A DNA stretch of 64,000 nt from an archaeon. Its GTDB lineage: Archaea; Iainarchaeota; Iainarchaeia; Iainarchaeales; CSSED10-239. The notes below the pieces were generated by a model. It searched no databases. It saw only the letters and a program-made list of their open reading frames with translations, and was not told where the DNA came from. The translations under genes were made by a program, and so were the position numbers. Below, one piece after another: positions 37,423 through 47,326 of the stretch (positions are counted from its first letter, which is position 1; each line of letters begins with the position of its first letter). The DNA is taken from NCBI GenBank assembly GCA_035400625.1, contig DAOMZT010000002.1:137649-201648 (forward strand), read 5' to 3'.

Positions 37423-39666
37423 TCATTTAATATTAAATAATGGTGTAAAGTATATTTCTTTTATTACTACATCGTTTTGTAATTTAAATTTTAAAAGATA
37501 TCTTTGTGCTTGGCAAAACAATCTTACATCATCAATACCATATCCTTTTTCTTCAGGGATATTAGTTAAATCAAAGTTTTCAGGGTTATAATGTAAAATG
37601 TCTTTTGCTATCTTATATTCTTTTATATTTGTTCCTGCAAATTGTTTTGAATCTGGCATTATATTTTCTCCAGTCTTTAGACTATAAACCACATAATTTT
37701 CATCACTTGGATATCCTGGTGGTTTAAACAAGCTTCCATCTGGATTAACATAATAAATATTTAAATCAGTAATCACCCCTGCATTATCAGTATAAATTGT
37801 ATATTCTGTGTCTGTTCTTAATGCGAAGTTGTTAAGTTCTAGGCTATCACATACAGGGCAATTAATCTCTTCTACATCAACACGCCCAACCTTACTTGAT
37901 TCGGAATCAAAATCATTTTGTATTATTCCTAAATTTGCAAGGCGCAATGTTAAATTATCTGTTTTATATGATAAACTGGAATTTCCAGAAGATGCTGCAT
38001 GACAACCATTAATATTTATTGCAGTTTCTTTTACTGGAACATACTTAATTAATTTTAAAGATTTTGGTAAGAAACTACCGGATTTTAAATAATTAATATT
38101 TATGTTACCTATTTTTGGATCTATGTTTTGATTATTGCAACTTTCATCACAATGACAAAAAAGACTATTTATATTTTCTACATTTTGTTCATTTAATTCA
38201 TTAGTTATGTTAAAGTTAAGAGATAGATTTTCTAATTTATCAATATTTATTGAACCAATAGAGCCTGCCTTACCTTGTCCACGATTTTTATTTACATTAA
38301 CTTTGCCACTCAATGCATAATAATAGAAATCTTTTTCATTTATAAAATTAGATATATTATAATCACTTATTGAACCACCAACGCCACTTTCACCATACTT
38401 GCCCCCACCATCGCTTTTGTTGCCTCCCATCTCTCCATCTCCTGCAGATAAATCATATCTTAATATCCCTTGATTCACAATATTGTATTTTGTATTAGGT
38501 ATATAAATAAATTTTATATGCCCCCCATAACCCCCTTTACCGCCATTTGCAGAATCAGCACCACATGTATTATTGCCACCATTACCACCTCTTCCACCAT
38601 TACCTGATTTTATGGTGATATTAAATTCTGCTTGTTGCTGTTCATCTTCTTTTAAATTTTCTAAATTATAAACTATAAAATTACTATGGCCTCCATTTCC
38701 TCCTGCACCACCTGATTTTGGAGAACCACCACAATTGCCTTTTTCGCCACTGCCTTTTGCACCATTTGCTCCATTTCCTGATTTTAAAAAAACATTAAAT
38801 TTACCATAATTTTTGATAAACCCTTCTTGTATTATTAATACTGATTGCCCACCATTACCCCCAACACCACCATTTTTATTATATCCTTTAGATCCTGCAC
38901 TACCTTTTGCTCCATCGGCAGCAAATAAATTAATATCAACAGTTCCATAATTAATTATATTATATGCAGATAATATAGCCACACCTCCATGAATTCCATG
39001 ATCTATAGGATCAGAATATGTTGTACTGTGATCATTTGGTTTTGTAGCAATTAGTGAAATATTTAAATCGGCATTTTTTTCTATAATTAAATTTTGAAAA
39101 TTAAGTCTTGTTCCATGACCTACTCTATTAGGACTACCCACATTTCCATCAGTATCTAATGCCCTTCTTTGTCTTTCTGTTATATTTATTAGTGTGTTGG
39201 TTAATATTTTAGTTTCATTAACATCCATACTTAGTATGCCAGGGATTGGGCTATATCCAACTAGCAACTCTTCATCATTATCCACTATAAAATTCAAAGT
39301 AATTGAATTGTTAGGATTACCAGAATCAAATCTTATTTCATCTATCCCAGAAATTGTTATTTTTTCGTTATTCTCAGTAATTTTAAAATTCTGATTTTGA
39401 GAAATCCACAATATAAATTTTTTATTGTTACAATGCTCATTATTAGAAATCCTCACAAAATTAAAATTAGGATTTATTATTTCTTCAGAATTGTTCAATT
39501 TTAAAAAATATTCATTTGATTGCGAAGCCAACGTTCCTTCATACTCTACATCTTGTAGTACATTCTGCATATTTTGAAAACAATCAACAGCATAAATTGG
39601 AACAATCACTATTTGTATAAATATTAAAATCATTAAAATTTTTAATGTTGTTTTTATTTTTGACAT
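37423..39666 (-). CDS. Secreted Gly-rich solenoid-like repeat protein (747 aa), paralogue of 47327..49399
   Basis: Signal peptide MSKIKTTLKILMILIFIQIVIVPIYA. The central region (nt ~38250-39000) contains 4-5 units of [hydrophobic/Asn beta-like stretch, e.g. IKNYGKFNVFLKSGNG] plus [GGxGGN-type Gly run, e.g. GGVGGNGGQ, GGAGGNGGH, GGRGGNGGN, GGKGGYGGH]. The C-terminal part (NCPVCDS...) aligns with the 690-aa protein (YCPHCEV...). Its stop lies 6 nt before the P1 start. Confidence 0.85.
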   Translation of the reverse strand: MSKIKTTLKILMILIFIQIVIVPIYAVDCFQNMQNVLQDVEYEGTLASQSNEYFLKLNNSEEIINPNFNFVRISNNEHCNNKKFILWISQNQNFKITENNEKITISGIDEIRFDSGNPNNSITLNFIVDNDEELLVGYSPIPGILSMDVNETKILTNTLINITERQRRALDTDGNVGSPNRVGHGTRLNFQNLIIEKNADLNISLIATKPNDHSTTYSDPIDHGIHGGVAILSAYNIINYGTVDINLFAADGAKGSAGSKGYNKNGGVGGNGGQSVLIIQEGFIKNYGKFNVFLKSGNGANGAKGSGEKGNCGGSPKSGGAGGNGGHSNFIVYNLENLKEDEQQQAEFNITIKSGNGGRGGNGGNNTCGADSANGGKGGYGGHIKFIYIPNTKYNIVNQGILRYDLSAGDGEMGGNKSDGGGKYGESGVGGSISDYNISNFINEKDFYYYALSGKVNVNKNRGQGKAGSIGSINIDKLENLSLNFNITNELNEQNVENINSLFCHCDESCNNQNIDPKIGNININYLKSGSFLPKSLKLIKYVPVKETAININGCHAASSGNSSLSYKTDNLTLRLANLGIIQNDFDSESSKVGRVDVEEINCPVCDSLELNNFALRTDTEYTIYTDNAGVITDLNIYYVNPDGSLFKPPGYPSDENYVVYSLKTGENIMPDSKQFAGTNIKEYKIAKDILHYNPENFDLTNIPEEKGYGIDDVRLFCQAQRYLLKFKLQNDVVIKEIYFTPLFNIK

Positions 39667-39680
39667 TTTTTATCTTTCTA

Positions 39681-41084
39681 TTATTTATGTATTTTAAAAG
39701 GGTATTCTAAAGTAATATCAGGATACCCCATATCTTGATTACTATTTAACTTAAATCTAAATAAATACGAATCTAAAAGGTTAGTATCTATTGATTGATC
39801 ATATAAAAATAATTTAAAGAAAATATTTTCGGTTTGGAATATATTAGAAACCATGTGATTTAAATTTTTTGTGTTATATAACCCTGCATTACCAGCAGTA
39901 TCTAATGAAACATCTAGTGGATTATAAGTAATTGCAGAATTAATTGTTCCAAAAATTATTGGTGTTGATGTAATATTTGAATCACTGGTAAACAGATATT
40001 CTGAAATTTGATTAGATACGCTAATTGGCGAACAACTCTTGTTTACTTTATTTATATGTGTTACGCCAGTATTTTGTGTATTTAAATCAATTAAATTACC
40101 CTCTGGCCTTACATAACTTAAATTACATATTTTATAATTTATATTACTTGGCAGAGATATTGGGCCACATGTTGAAAGATATAAATTCCCATAATTATTT
40201 GCATTAATTATTTGAGTTGGCAAATTTCCGGTAATAGATTTAAAATGGAAATTACATGTATTATTCAGATAAATTGTATTATCTACTTTTGTTGAACAAT
40301 TTAAATTTATTGTGCCATTATTATCTACTTGCTCAAATGAGATAATATCTGCAAAATAATCTGTATTTAAATTATATGTTTGTTGATTAGGTGTTTGCTC
40401 CTCATTTTCTTCATCTTCTTCTAAATAGTACTTTAATGAATAATAATAGTTGCATTCTTGTTCATAACCTACATAATTTTTATTATTTATAATATTTAAT
40501 GTACCTGTATTTTTTATTTCAATTCTATTAAATAAAATATTGCTTTCAGGCACATAAGAATATAAATATCCATTAATATAATATTCGCCTAAACACGCAT
40601 TTTTACTAATATTTACATCTAATTTGTTTCCTAAAATTAAATTATTTACATTTCTAAAATCAATTTGAGTATCAGTTAAATTGCCTCTATCTATTTTTAT
40701 TGTTGTAAATTCATTAATTTTTATAAGATTAAAATCAGAAAACATTATATTTATTTTATTAATATCAGGGTTTAAAATAAAACAATCAGAGAGTGTAGTA
40801 TCAAAAGTTACACAAGAAACATTAAAATTTGCATTTTGATTTATCACTAAATTTATTCCAGATCTGCTCGGTCTTATTTCACTCCCAACAATATTATAGT
40901 CTCCTCCATTTAAAATACAATTACCTGTTTGTGAATTATAATTACAGGTTGCAATACCGGTTTGAGAATTATACAAACCCATTATGTCTACATTATCTGA
41001 AAAAACGAAACCAGAAATAGATATACTTATAAGTATTATAAATAGTAAGATTATTCCTTTTTTTGAGTGATTTGTATTCTCCAT
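39681..41084 (-). CDS. Secreted Asn-rich repeat protein (467 aa); its C-terminal domain is homologous to 49470..49877
   Basis: Signal anchor KKGIILLFIILISISISGFVFS. Asn/Ile-rich stretches with an alternating pattern (INLVINQNANFNVS, IDFRNVNNLILGN, LNIINNKN) suggest a beta-solenoid. The C-terminal ~130 aa (..TPIIFGTIN...YLFRFKLNSNQDMGYPDITLEYPFKIHK) aligns with the 135-aa protein. Confidence 0.8.
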   Translation of the reverse strand: MENTNHSKKGIILLFIILISISISGFVFSDNVDIMGLYNSQTGIATCNYNSQTGNCILNGGDYNIVGSEIRPSRSGINLVINQNANFNVSCVTFDTTLSDCFILNPDINKINIMFSDFNLIKINEFTTIKIDRGNLTDTQIDFRNVNNLILGNKLDVNISKNACLGEYYINGYLYSYVPESNILFNRIEIKNTGTLNIINNKNYVGYEQECNYYYSLKYYLEEDEENEEQTPNQQTYNLNTDYFADIISFEQVDNNGTINLNCSTKVDNTIYLNNTCNFHFKSITGNLPTQIINANNYGNLYLSTCGPISLPSNINYKICNLSYVRPEGNLIDLNTQNTGVTHINKVNKSCSPISVSNQISEYLFTSDSNITSTPIIFGTINSAITYNPLDVSLDTAGNAGLYNTKNLNHMVSNIFQTENIFFKLFLYDQSIDTNLLDSYLFRFKLNSNQDMGYPDITLEYPFKIHK

Positions 41085-41108
41085 TTTAATTTGTCACCAT
41101 TTATACAA

Positions 41109-41180
41109 TCACCAAAATAACAATAAAACAATAAACTCAATTATAAGTATGATTATTATTAATTTTAAAGTTAGTTTCAT
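41109..41180 (-). CDS. Possible 23-aa hydrophobic micropeptide (MKLTLKLIIIILIIEFIVLLLFW)
   Basis: An ATG preceded by AGGGGAAATTAC (SD-like) and TATA-like boxes. It is the only ORF in the 288-nt gap between P2 and the 467-aa gene. It is very short, so confidence is low. Confidence 0.25.
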   Translation of the reverse strand: MKLTLKLIIIILIIEFIVLLLFW

Positions 41181-41260
41181 GTAATTTCCCCTATATACTA
41201 TATAATATATTAATTAAATATATTTATATAACTTTTCATAGATAAAAAATGAGATTTTTA
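41181..41260 (-). promoter_or_regulatory. Candidate archaeal promoter (TATA-like boxes) for the distal transcription unit of the cluster
   Basis: The minus strand reads ...GAAAAGTTATATAAATATATTTAATTAATATATTATATAGTATATAGGGGAAATTAC-ATG. TTATATAA and TTATATAG are candidate TATA boxes. This is the largest non-coding gap in the cluster. In such AT-rich DNA these matches are weak evidence. Confidence 0.25.
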
Positions 41261-41372
41261 AGTATAATCATTCGATTGTGCTTAATCTACATGTTGAAAC
41301 TTAAAAAACACAATTTCTTCAACAGATAGATTAAAATGGTCATTGTCCCTTCACTATATTTTATATTTTTAC

Positions 41373-44300
41373 TTAATTATTGTAATTGGTTTCTATTTGG
41401 TTTCTATTACTTCGTGTAATTTTTATCTTATCTGAAACCCATTTGATCTTTGAACTTGATAGAGTATTTGAGATACATGCGTTCCCATCTTTTACTTGGT
41501 CTAACATTTGATTTATTGAGTAAATGTCTGGAACTCTTGAGACTAGAGCAAGTTCTGTTGTGCCTTCTAAACTACTCAAACCATATAGTCTTGACTCAAC
41601 ATTATTATCTAAATCTGATAATGTTAATTTAATATCTAAATAATCTACATTTACAGGCAAATAAATCATTGATTCTAATAGATATTTCTCATCTAAATTG
41701 TTTCCAAATTTGTCTTTTGTAAGTTCGTGTCTTAAATAGTTTGCATGTGACCCAAAGACAGCTATATCATCCATTGCATTATTATAATTTGAATCAGAGA
41801 ATAATTTCCATTTGAATAAATTGTTTGTGCTTATAGGGAATTGATTATTAACCATTAATTTATAGTTAAAACTCTTATCTTTTATGCCATTTACTCTTGC
41901 AAACACATTTATTGGTCTTGAAGGAGTAAAGTTAAAAACTATGTTTTTCTTTTCTGAACCAGATGTATTATCTACTGCTAAATCTAATAAATTACCATTT
42001 GTATTTAAAACATCAGTTACTTGCCAATTTACAAGATAGTTGCTTGGATAATTTGCAGTAATATTTGTTACTCCTGAACAATCAGAGGTACAATTTTCTG
42101 CAACCCCATATAATTTTATTGATGTTGCAGATGGTTCTGTTACTAACAAATCAGAATATTCATAATTTCCTACAATTGTTGAACCATAACCTACTCTATG
42201 TGCCTTGTCATTTACTACTCCAAAGTCCCCATCTATTGGAATATAATAAAACAGATTGTTTTTATTTAATGGAATATTTTGAACCAATTCTAGGTTAATA
42301 TTAAGATCCTTTGTAAAAGCAGGATCAAAATCATTAACAACAATTTTGTATTTTCCGACTTCTTTTGTTGGATTGTTGTTTGGCGTTCTTTTAGTTATTG
42401 TGATTTCTTTATCGTGGTCAGAATCCAAATATTTTTCTGAAAATGCAGAAGAAATACTATGTGTAATAAATTGATCATAATGTCCCCTAAAGTCCTCTAA
42501 CAAGTCTTCTGATTCTATGCCATCATACATCAAATAGATATGATAATCTTTGCTTGTGTCATAATCAGAAGAGCTAATTAATGTAAATATTGAGTATAGT
42601 GCTTGAACAGAATCACAATGTGTTTTATCAGCATCATATTCCTCTTTATCATCTATACAAAGAGTTTTCCAATTTAATGTTTGGTCTCCCCAATTATATA
42701 ATACTTTTGGAAGAGCAGATTCTCCAACACTACAAGCTTCTTGTTCTTCAGTATCGCAAATACCTAAAATAAAATAATCGCCCCCTTGTGCTTGTCCACC
42801 TACTCCCATACAAAAATGACCAGTAACCCCTATATTGTTTAATACAGTTACTGGAGTTTCAGGTATATATGTAACAATTATTGTTATTGGCTTTATCTCT
42901 GTTACTTGCACATTATTTACAGTTAGATAGAAATTCATTTGTTTATTATAGGTTTCCTCTAAATCTGGAATAGTCATTAGATTGCTGTAATTCCCGTCTA
43001 TTTTTATTGGCACCTCTATGTGGTTTTGAGGTGTGATAGGCATTGGTATATCAATTGAAGCAGATTCATAGGCAAGAGGATTGGAATTTAAAAGCTCTAT
43101 TCCTGTTAATTCTAAACTATAGCTTTTAGTGTTGTTTTTTATATTATACACCATTGTTGAACTACAATTGTCTTCTCCCTTACAAGCAATGGTTAAGTGC
43201 GTTCCTGGCAAAGACAATTGGTAACTTTTGTTTTTTGGATATAATGTTATTTTTATTGGAACCTCATATATAAAATTCTCTGTTTGATTACCAATCTTTA
43301 TATTTATGTTTGCATCTTTTTCTATAATTTCTGTAAAATTAATATTCTTAAGAACAAATGTAAAATTAAAATTACCAACCAATCTATTTTGAGAAGAATT
43401 GTTTGTGTGTGCCTGAGTAAAGTTAATATAATTAGAGATGTCTTCTCCAACAATCTGTGTATCTAAGATATCATAGTTTATTGGGTCGGTAAATAAAAGA
43501 TTAAGATCATAACTTATTGAAATATTATCAATAACTTCTTTTATTAGCTCTATTCCTGCCCCTTCTTCACCCTCATAAAAACCATTAACATTAGTTGTTG
43601 TAAACTTAGAAAAATCCTGTATATCTAATATTTTAATTCTTGCTGAAGAGTTTGTGTCTTTGTAAAGTGTAATGTCTGGCATTTCTCCTGTATTTTTCAC
43701 AGTAAATATGTTATTATAACTAAAATTAATATCTTGAATATCTGTGTCAGGATCAATATGTAACCCTGCAGAAATCACATTGCTTTGGTTTAGGTCTTTT
43801 GGTAAATTATTAACAGCCATTAAATTCTGATTAATTATTTCTTCTAAAAACACCTCGTTGTCAGAAACAGAAACCGCTTCTAGTTTTACTACTCTATTTG
43901 TGTTATTTTTAATAATATAGTCTTTTACCAAATCTGTTGCTTTTTTCTTACCACCAATGTTTGTTAAAAGAATATCATATCTTAATCTGTTGTTGTTTGT
44001 TATTAATTTATTGTCAAGATCATAAATATTTATTCCTGTGCCAATAACTTGAGAAAAGGTTAGTTCGTTATTTGGAAGATTAGAGCCTGGTATTGTAAAA
44101 ATAAAGGTAATGGTTTTTCCTGAGTCTTCTAAAGGTATAAATATCTCTGTATTTAATGTGTTGTTTGTTATTTCTCCTAACTCTGTAGCAATTGTTTGAC
44201 CAGAGACTATATATTTTACAGCTATGTTATTTTCATAGTTGCCTGTTTTGTTCTTTAAACTAATATTAAGATCATTAGAACCAACATAAATTTTTCCATC

Positions 44301-47300
44301 TGTTGCATTGGAAGTAACAACTGGAACATATGTGCTCTCAGAATATGATAAAATATTTGTTGAGGCTGTTGCTAAAGATGAATTGTCTTTCTTAAATAAT
44401 TGTGTTCTTAATGTTGGCTGATCAGTTAATGAAAAGAAGTCTATTGGTTTGCCAATTAAATTGTTAACAAAGTAATAACCAATACTTGTGGTCTTTGAAG
44501 ATATGTTAACAGAAGTATTATTATCTATTGTTTGTATGATTGGATTTGTTGATGTTTTATCTTTAAAATAACTGTTTGTAAAAACATAGTTGTTATTTGT
44601 GTTTTGAGTGTCTGTAATTATGTCTCCTGTTCTGTTGGTATCAGAGAACTGTATGAAGCTTAAACTATAATTATAGTCCTTTCCAATATAAAGTATATAA
44701 TCTGAACCAAATTTAGTTAGTTCTGAATTTCGGTCAAATAACTTAATTACATAAGAATAATTGGAATTGTCAAAAGGTATTGCTTCTACTTGGGTTGGTG
44801 CATAGAAATATCCTTCTGGCCTTATTGACCATTCATTCCAGTTTGAAAGGTTTGGAGAAAAGGAAAATGTTTCTAAATCTGAATTTAATGATCTGTAATA
44901 GATTTTGTAATTGTCAATGGTTGTAATTTCGTTTTTGAATTTTACATTTACAGAATATTCTATAATGTTTGCAGTAACATCACTAAAATCAAACTCTAGC
45001 CATTTGTATTTTCCTGCTATGCAGTTGTTAAAAGAATAATCAGATTCAAAGTTTGTAATAAAATAGTTGCTATCAAAAGATTCTAGATCTCCATGATATC
45101 TACAGCCTGTTCTTATCTCTGTGTCTTTTGGAACAAACAAGTCTGTGTTTGTTAAATAAATAAAGTCTGCATTTTCTGTTAGATATCTTCCTGCTTTTAT
45201 AAATGCTTTCTTTATTACGTTTGTTCTGTCTGAGCCAAATACAGTCTTAAATTTTAACTTATATTCTTTTGTTAAATCGTTATTTCCTGAAAAGGTTAAA
45301 TTGTCTATCTTTATTGTGCCTGTGGAATCATAAAGACCTAAAAAGGAGGTGGCTGTTTGAATTTCTGATATAGTAGGGAAGGTTATTTCTTTGTAAGCTA
45401 CCTGTCCAGGAAATAGTGAGATAAGGTCTGTTTGATATAATAGGTCGTCTTTTTCAATAGTCAAATATATTCTTGAACAATCATCACCACAATTAAACAC
45501 AAAGGTTTTGTTTGTATCTTCAGTAACATTTGTAGCAATTACATTTTCTGTAGGTATTTGCTCTCCAGAGACTTCAAAAAAAGAAATGTTATAATCTTGA
45601 TTTGGTGTTATTTTAAGATTAAGGGTTTTAGATTGATTACCTAAAGACACATTTAATTCTAAAACATCATTACTATCAAGCTCTTGTGCTGGCAGAGAAT
45701 CACCATCTGCACTTTCGTTTCTTAATATAGCATAAGCGTAATATTCTCTTTTGCTTTTTACTAAATCAAAATTTGCATCTCCGCTTGAATTTGTAGTTTT
45801 TGGATTTTCTGGATTGTATAGCACGTATTCATCATCTAACTCATAAAATAAATAAACTAATGCATTTGCTCTCTTATAGCCGTTTTTTGTAACATTAACA
45901 TTTATGCTCCCACTATTTAATGAGGACAAATATTCTAAAGGTATTTCTATGGTTGTGTTAGTGTCTGCAGAAAGATTATTGACATCTACTGGTGTTGGTG
46001 GCAAATAGCCATTATCTTCTGTGTTTGATACAATTATTCTATAATTATTATTTGCAACTAGAGCAAATGTTGTTTGGTTCACATCTCTTCTAGTAGTAAT
46101 TAAACTTGAGACATTCTGGTCTCTTTTATAAACTGAGATATTGCCAGTAACTGGAACACTAGTGTTTTGATCTTTTAATTTAACTATTAGATTTGTAAGT
46201 TTTCCTATGGTACAGCCATTACCATTAGGATTAGGGGTAACTAAACCTGTTAATAATGGACTATTACAATCAATTTTTCCATCTTTACAAAAAGGAGCAT
46301 ATATTGGGTTTGAACAGTTAATGTTTGCTAAATCTGATGCTGTAATTAAAGTAATGTTTGCAGTTGTTATGTTATTATTAACAATATTATAAGGCCCTAG
46401 CTTTGGAAGGCTTATATATCCTGTTTTATCTATTGATAAAAGATAATTTGATTGAGGTGCATTAAACTTATATTTACCATAAACATCTGTTGTTCCTGTG
46501 CTATATGTGACATCTGATTCGTTTGTTGGTGTTTGTAAATCATCTACATTATGTAGTCTTAGATTAGCATATGGTACTGCTTGTCCGATTATGTCTTTTA
46601 CAGTAACTTCTAATGTGCCTGTATTTGTATTAACTCTTGTTAGTTCAACTATGTTATCTTCGCTAACATTTCTGTCAGTTATTAGTTCATAATTTGAAGA
46701 TACCACACTTACTAACAAAAAACCACAATAGCCAGGCTGTAAGACATTTGTTCTTCCGTTTGTTACTGTTGTTGTTCTAGGTTCTGGTATTTTTTCAGAA
46801 TTAGAACATTTAAAAGTAACATTAAGATTATCAGTAACAACCACATCATAGCTTTTAAATATTATTTCTCTGCGTCTCTCAGAAGAGGGCCCCTTAAATT
46901 CTCCAGAGGTTGTGTCCATTTCAAGAGTTATTGTTTCTTCTTTTAGTTTTTTATCTAGTTTTATTTGTTTTGTTGTAGGAAAATAATTTTCTTTTGTTGC
47001 TTTTATTTCTAGATCTTTAAATTTTAGATCTTTAAACTCAGTATAGCCAAAGGCATCTGTGCTTTGTGTTATTTCGTTATTTATTGTTACGCTTACTCCA
47101 CCTAATGAAAAGTTCTGTTCATCTACCACATATACTTCTAGTGTTTTTTTGCTTCCACTAAATAATAATATTAAGATAATTATCAAGACAATTACCGCAA
47201 TAATAATAAATATTATTTTTGTAAATTTCTTTTTTGGTTTTTCTGTGGTCTGAGGATTGTTCTGTTCTACTGTTTGTTTAATTTCGTTTATTAGTTTTTC

Positions 47301-47312
47301 TTGTTCGCTCAT
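41373..47312 (-). CDS. Giant membrane-anchored surface protein, paralogue P2 (1979 aa)
   Basis: ATG start. A short N-terminus is followed by a TM helix (IIFIIIAVIVLIIILILLF). CarboxypepD_reg-like segments are present (LEVYVVDEQNFSLGGVSVTI..., GTLEVTVKDIIGQAVPYANLRLH...YGKYKFNAPQSNYLLSIDKTGY). It is collinear with P1. The C-terminal module lies at 41373-42830. Confidence 0.9.
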   Translation of the reverse strand: MSEQEKLINEIKQTVEQNNPQTTEKPKKKFTKIIFIIIAVIVLIIILILLFSGSKKTLEVYVVDEQNFSLGGVSVTINNEITQSTDAFGYTEFKDLKFKDLEIKATKENYFPTTKQIKLDKKLKEETITLEMDTTSGEFKGPSSERRREIIFKSYDVVVTDNLNVTFKCSNSEKIPEPRTTTVTNGRTNVLQPGYCGFLLVSVVSSNYELITDRNVSEDNIVELTRVNTNTGTLEVTVKDIIGQAVPYANLRLHNVDDLQTPTNESDVTYSTGTTDVYGKYKFNAPQSNYLLSIDKTGYISLPKLGPYNIVNNNITTANITLITASDLANINCSNPIYAPFCKDGKIDCNSPLLTGLVTPNPNGNGCTIGKLTNLIVKLKDQNTSVPVTGNISVYKRDQNVSSLITTRRDVNQTTFALVANNNYRIIVSNTEDNGYLPPTPVDVNNLSADTNTTIEIPLEYLSSLNSGSINVNVTKNGYKRANALVYLFYELDDEYVLYNPENPKTTNSSGDANFDLVKSKREYYAYAILRNESADGDSLPAQELDSNDVLELNVSLGNQSKTLNLKITPNQDYNISFFEVSGEQIPTENVIATNVTEDTNKTFVFNCGDDCSRIYLTIEKDDLLYQTDLISLFPGQVAYKEITFPTISEIQTATSFLGLYDSTGTIKIDNLTFSGNNDLTKEYKLKFKTVFGSDRTNVIKKAFIKAGRYLTENADFIYLTNTDLFVPKDTEIRTGCRYHGDLESFDSNYFITNFESDYSFNNCIAGKYKWLEFDFSDVTANIIEYSVNVKFKNEITTIDNYKIYYRSLNSDLETFSFSPNLSNWNEWSIRPEGYFYAPTQVEAIPFDNSNYSYVIKLFDRNSELTKFGSDYILYIGKDYNYSLSFIQFSDTNRTGDIITDTQNTNNNYVFTNSYFKDKTSTNPIIQTIDNNTSVNISSKTTSIGYYFVNNLIGKPIDFFSLTDQPTLRTQLFKKDNSSLATASTNILSYSESTYVPVVTSNATDGKIYVGSNDLNISLKNKTGNYENNIAVKYIVSGQTIATELGEITNNTLNTEIFIPLEDSGKTITFIFTIPGSNLPNNELTFSQVIGTGINIYDLDNKLITNNNRLRYDILLTNIGGKKKATDLVKDYIIKNNTNRVVKLEAVSVSDNEVFLEEIINQNLMAVNNLPKDLNQSNVISAGLHIDPDTDIQDINFSYNNIFTVKNTGEMPDITLYKDTNSSARIKILDIQDFSKFTTTNVNGFYEGEEGAGIELIKEVIDNISISYDLNLLFTDPINYDILDTQIVGEDISNYINFTQAHTNNSSQNRLVGNFNFTFVLKNINFTEIIEKDANINIKIGNQTENFIYEVPIKITLYPKNKSYQLSLPGTHLTIACKGEDNCSSTMVYNIKNNTKSYSLELTGIELLNSNPLAYESASIDIPMPITPQNHIEVPIKIDGNYSNLMTIPDLEETYNKQMNFYLTVNNVQVTEIKPITIIVTYIPETPVTVLNNIGVTGHFCMGVGGQAQGGDYFILGICDTEEQEACSVGESALPKVLYNWGDQTLNWKTLCIDDKEEYDADKTHCDSVQALYSIFTLISSSDYDTSKDYHIYLMYDGIESEDLLEDFRGHYDQFITHSISSAFSEKYLDSDHDKEITITKRTPNNNPTKEVGKYKIVVNDFDPAFTKDLNINLELVQNIPLNKNNLFYYIPIDGDFGVVNDKAHRVGYGSTIVGNYEYSDLLVTEPSATSIKLYGVAENCTSDCSGVTNITANYPSNYLVNWQVTDVLNTNGNLLDLAVDNTSGSEKKNIVFNFTPSRPINVFARVNGIKDKSFNYKLMVNNQFPISTNNLFKWKLFSDSNYNNAMDDIAVFGSHANYLRHELTKDKFGNNLDEKYLLESMIYLPVNVDYLDIKLTLSDLDNNVESRLYGLSSLEGTTELALVSRVPDIYSINQMLDQVKDGNACISNTLSSSKIKWVSDKIKITRSNRNQIETNYNN

Positions 47313-47326
47313 AATTAATCTTTTTT

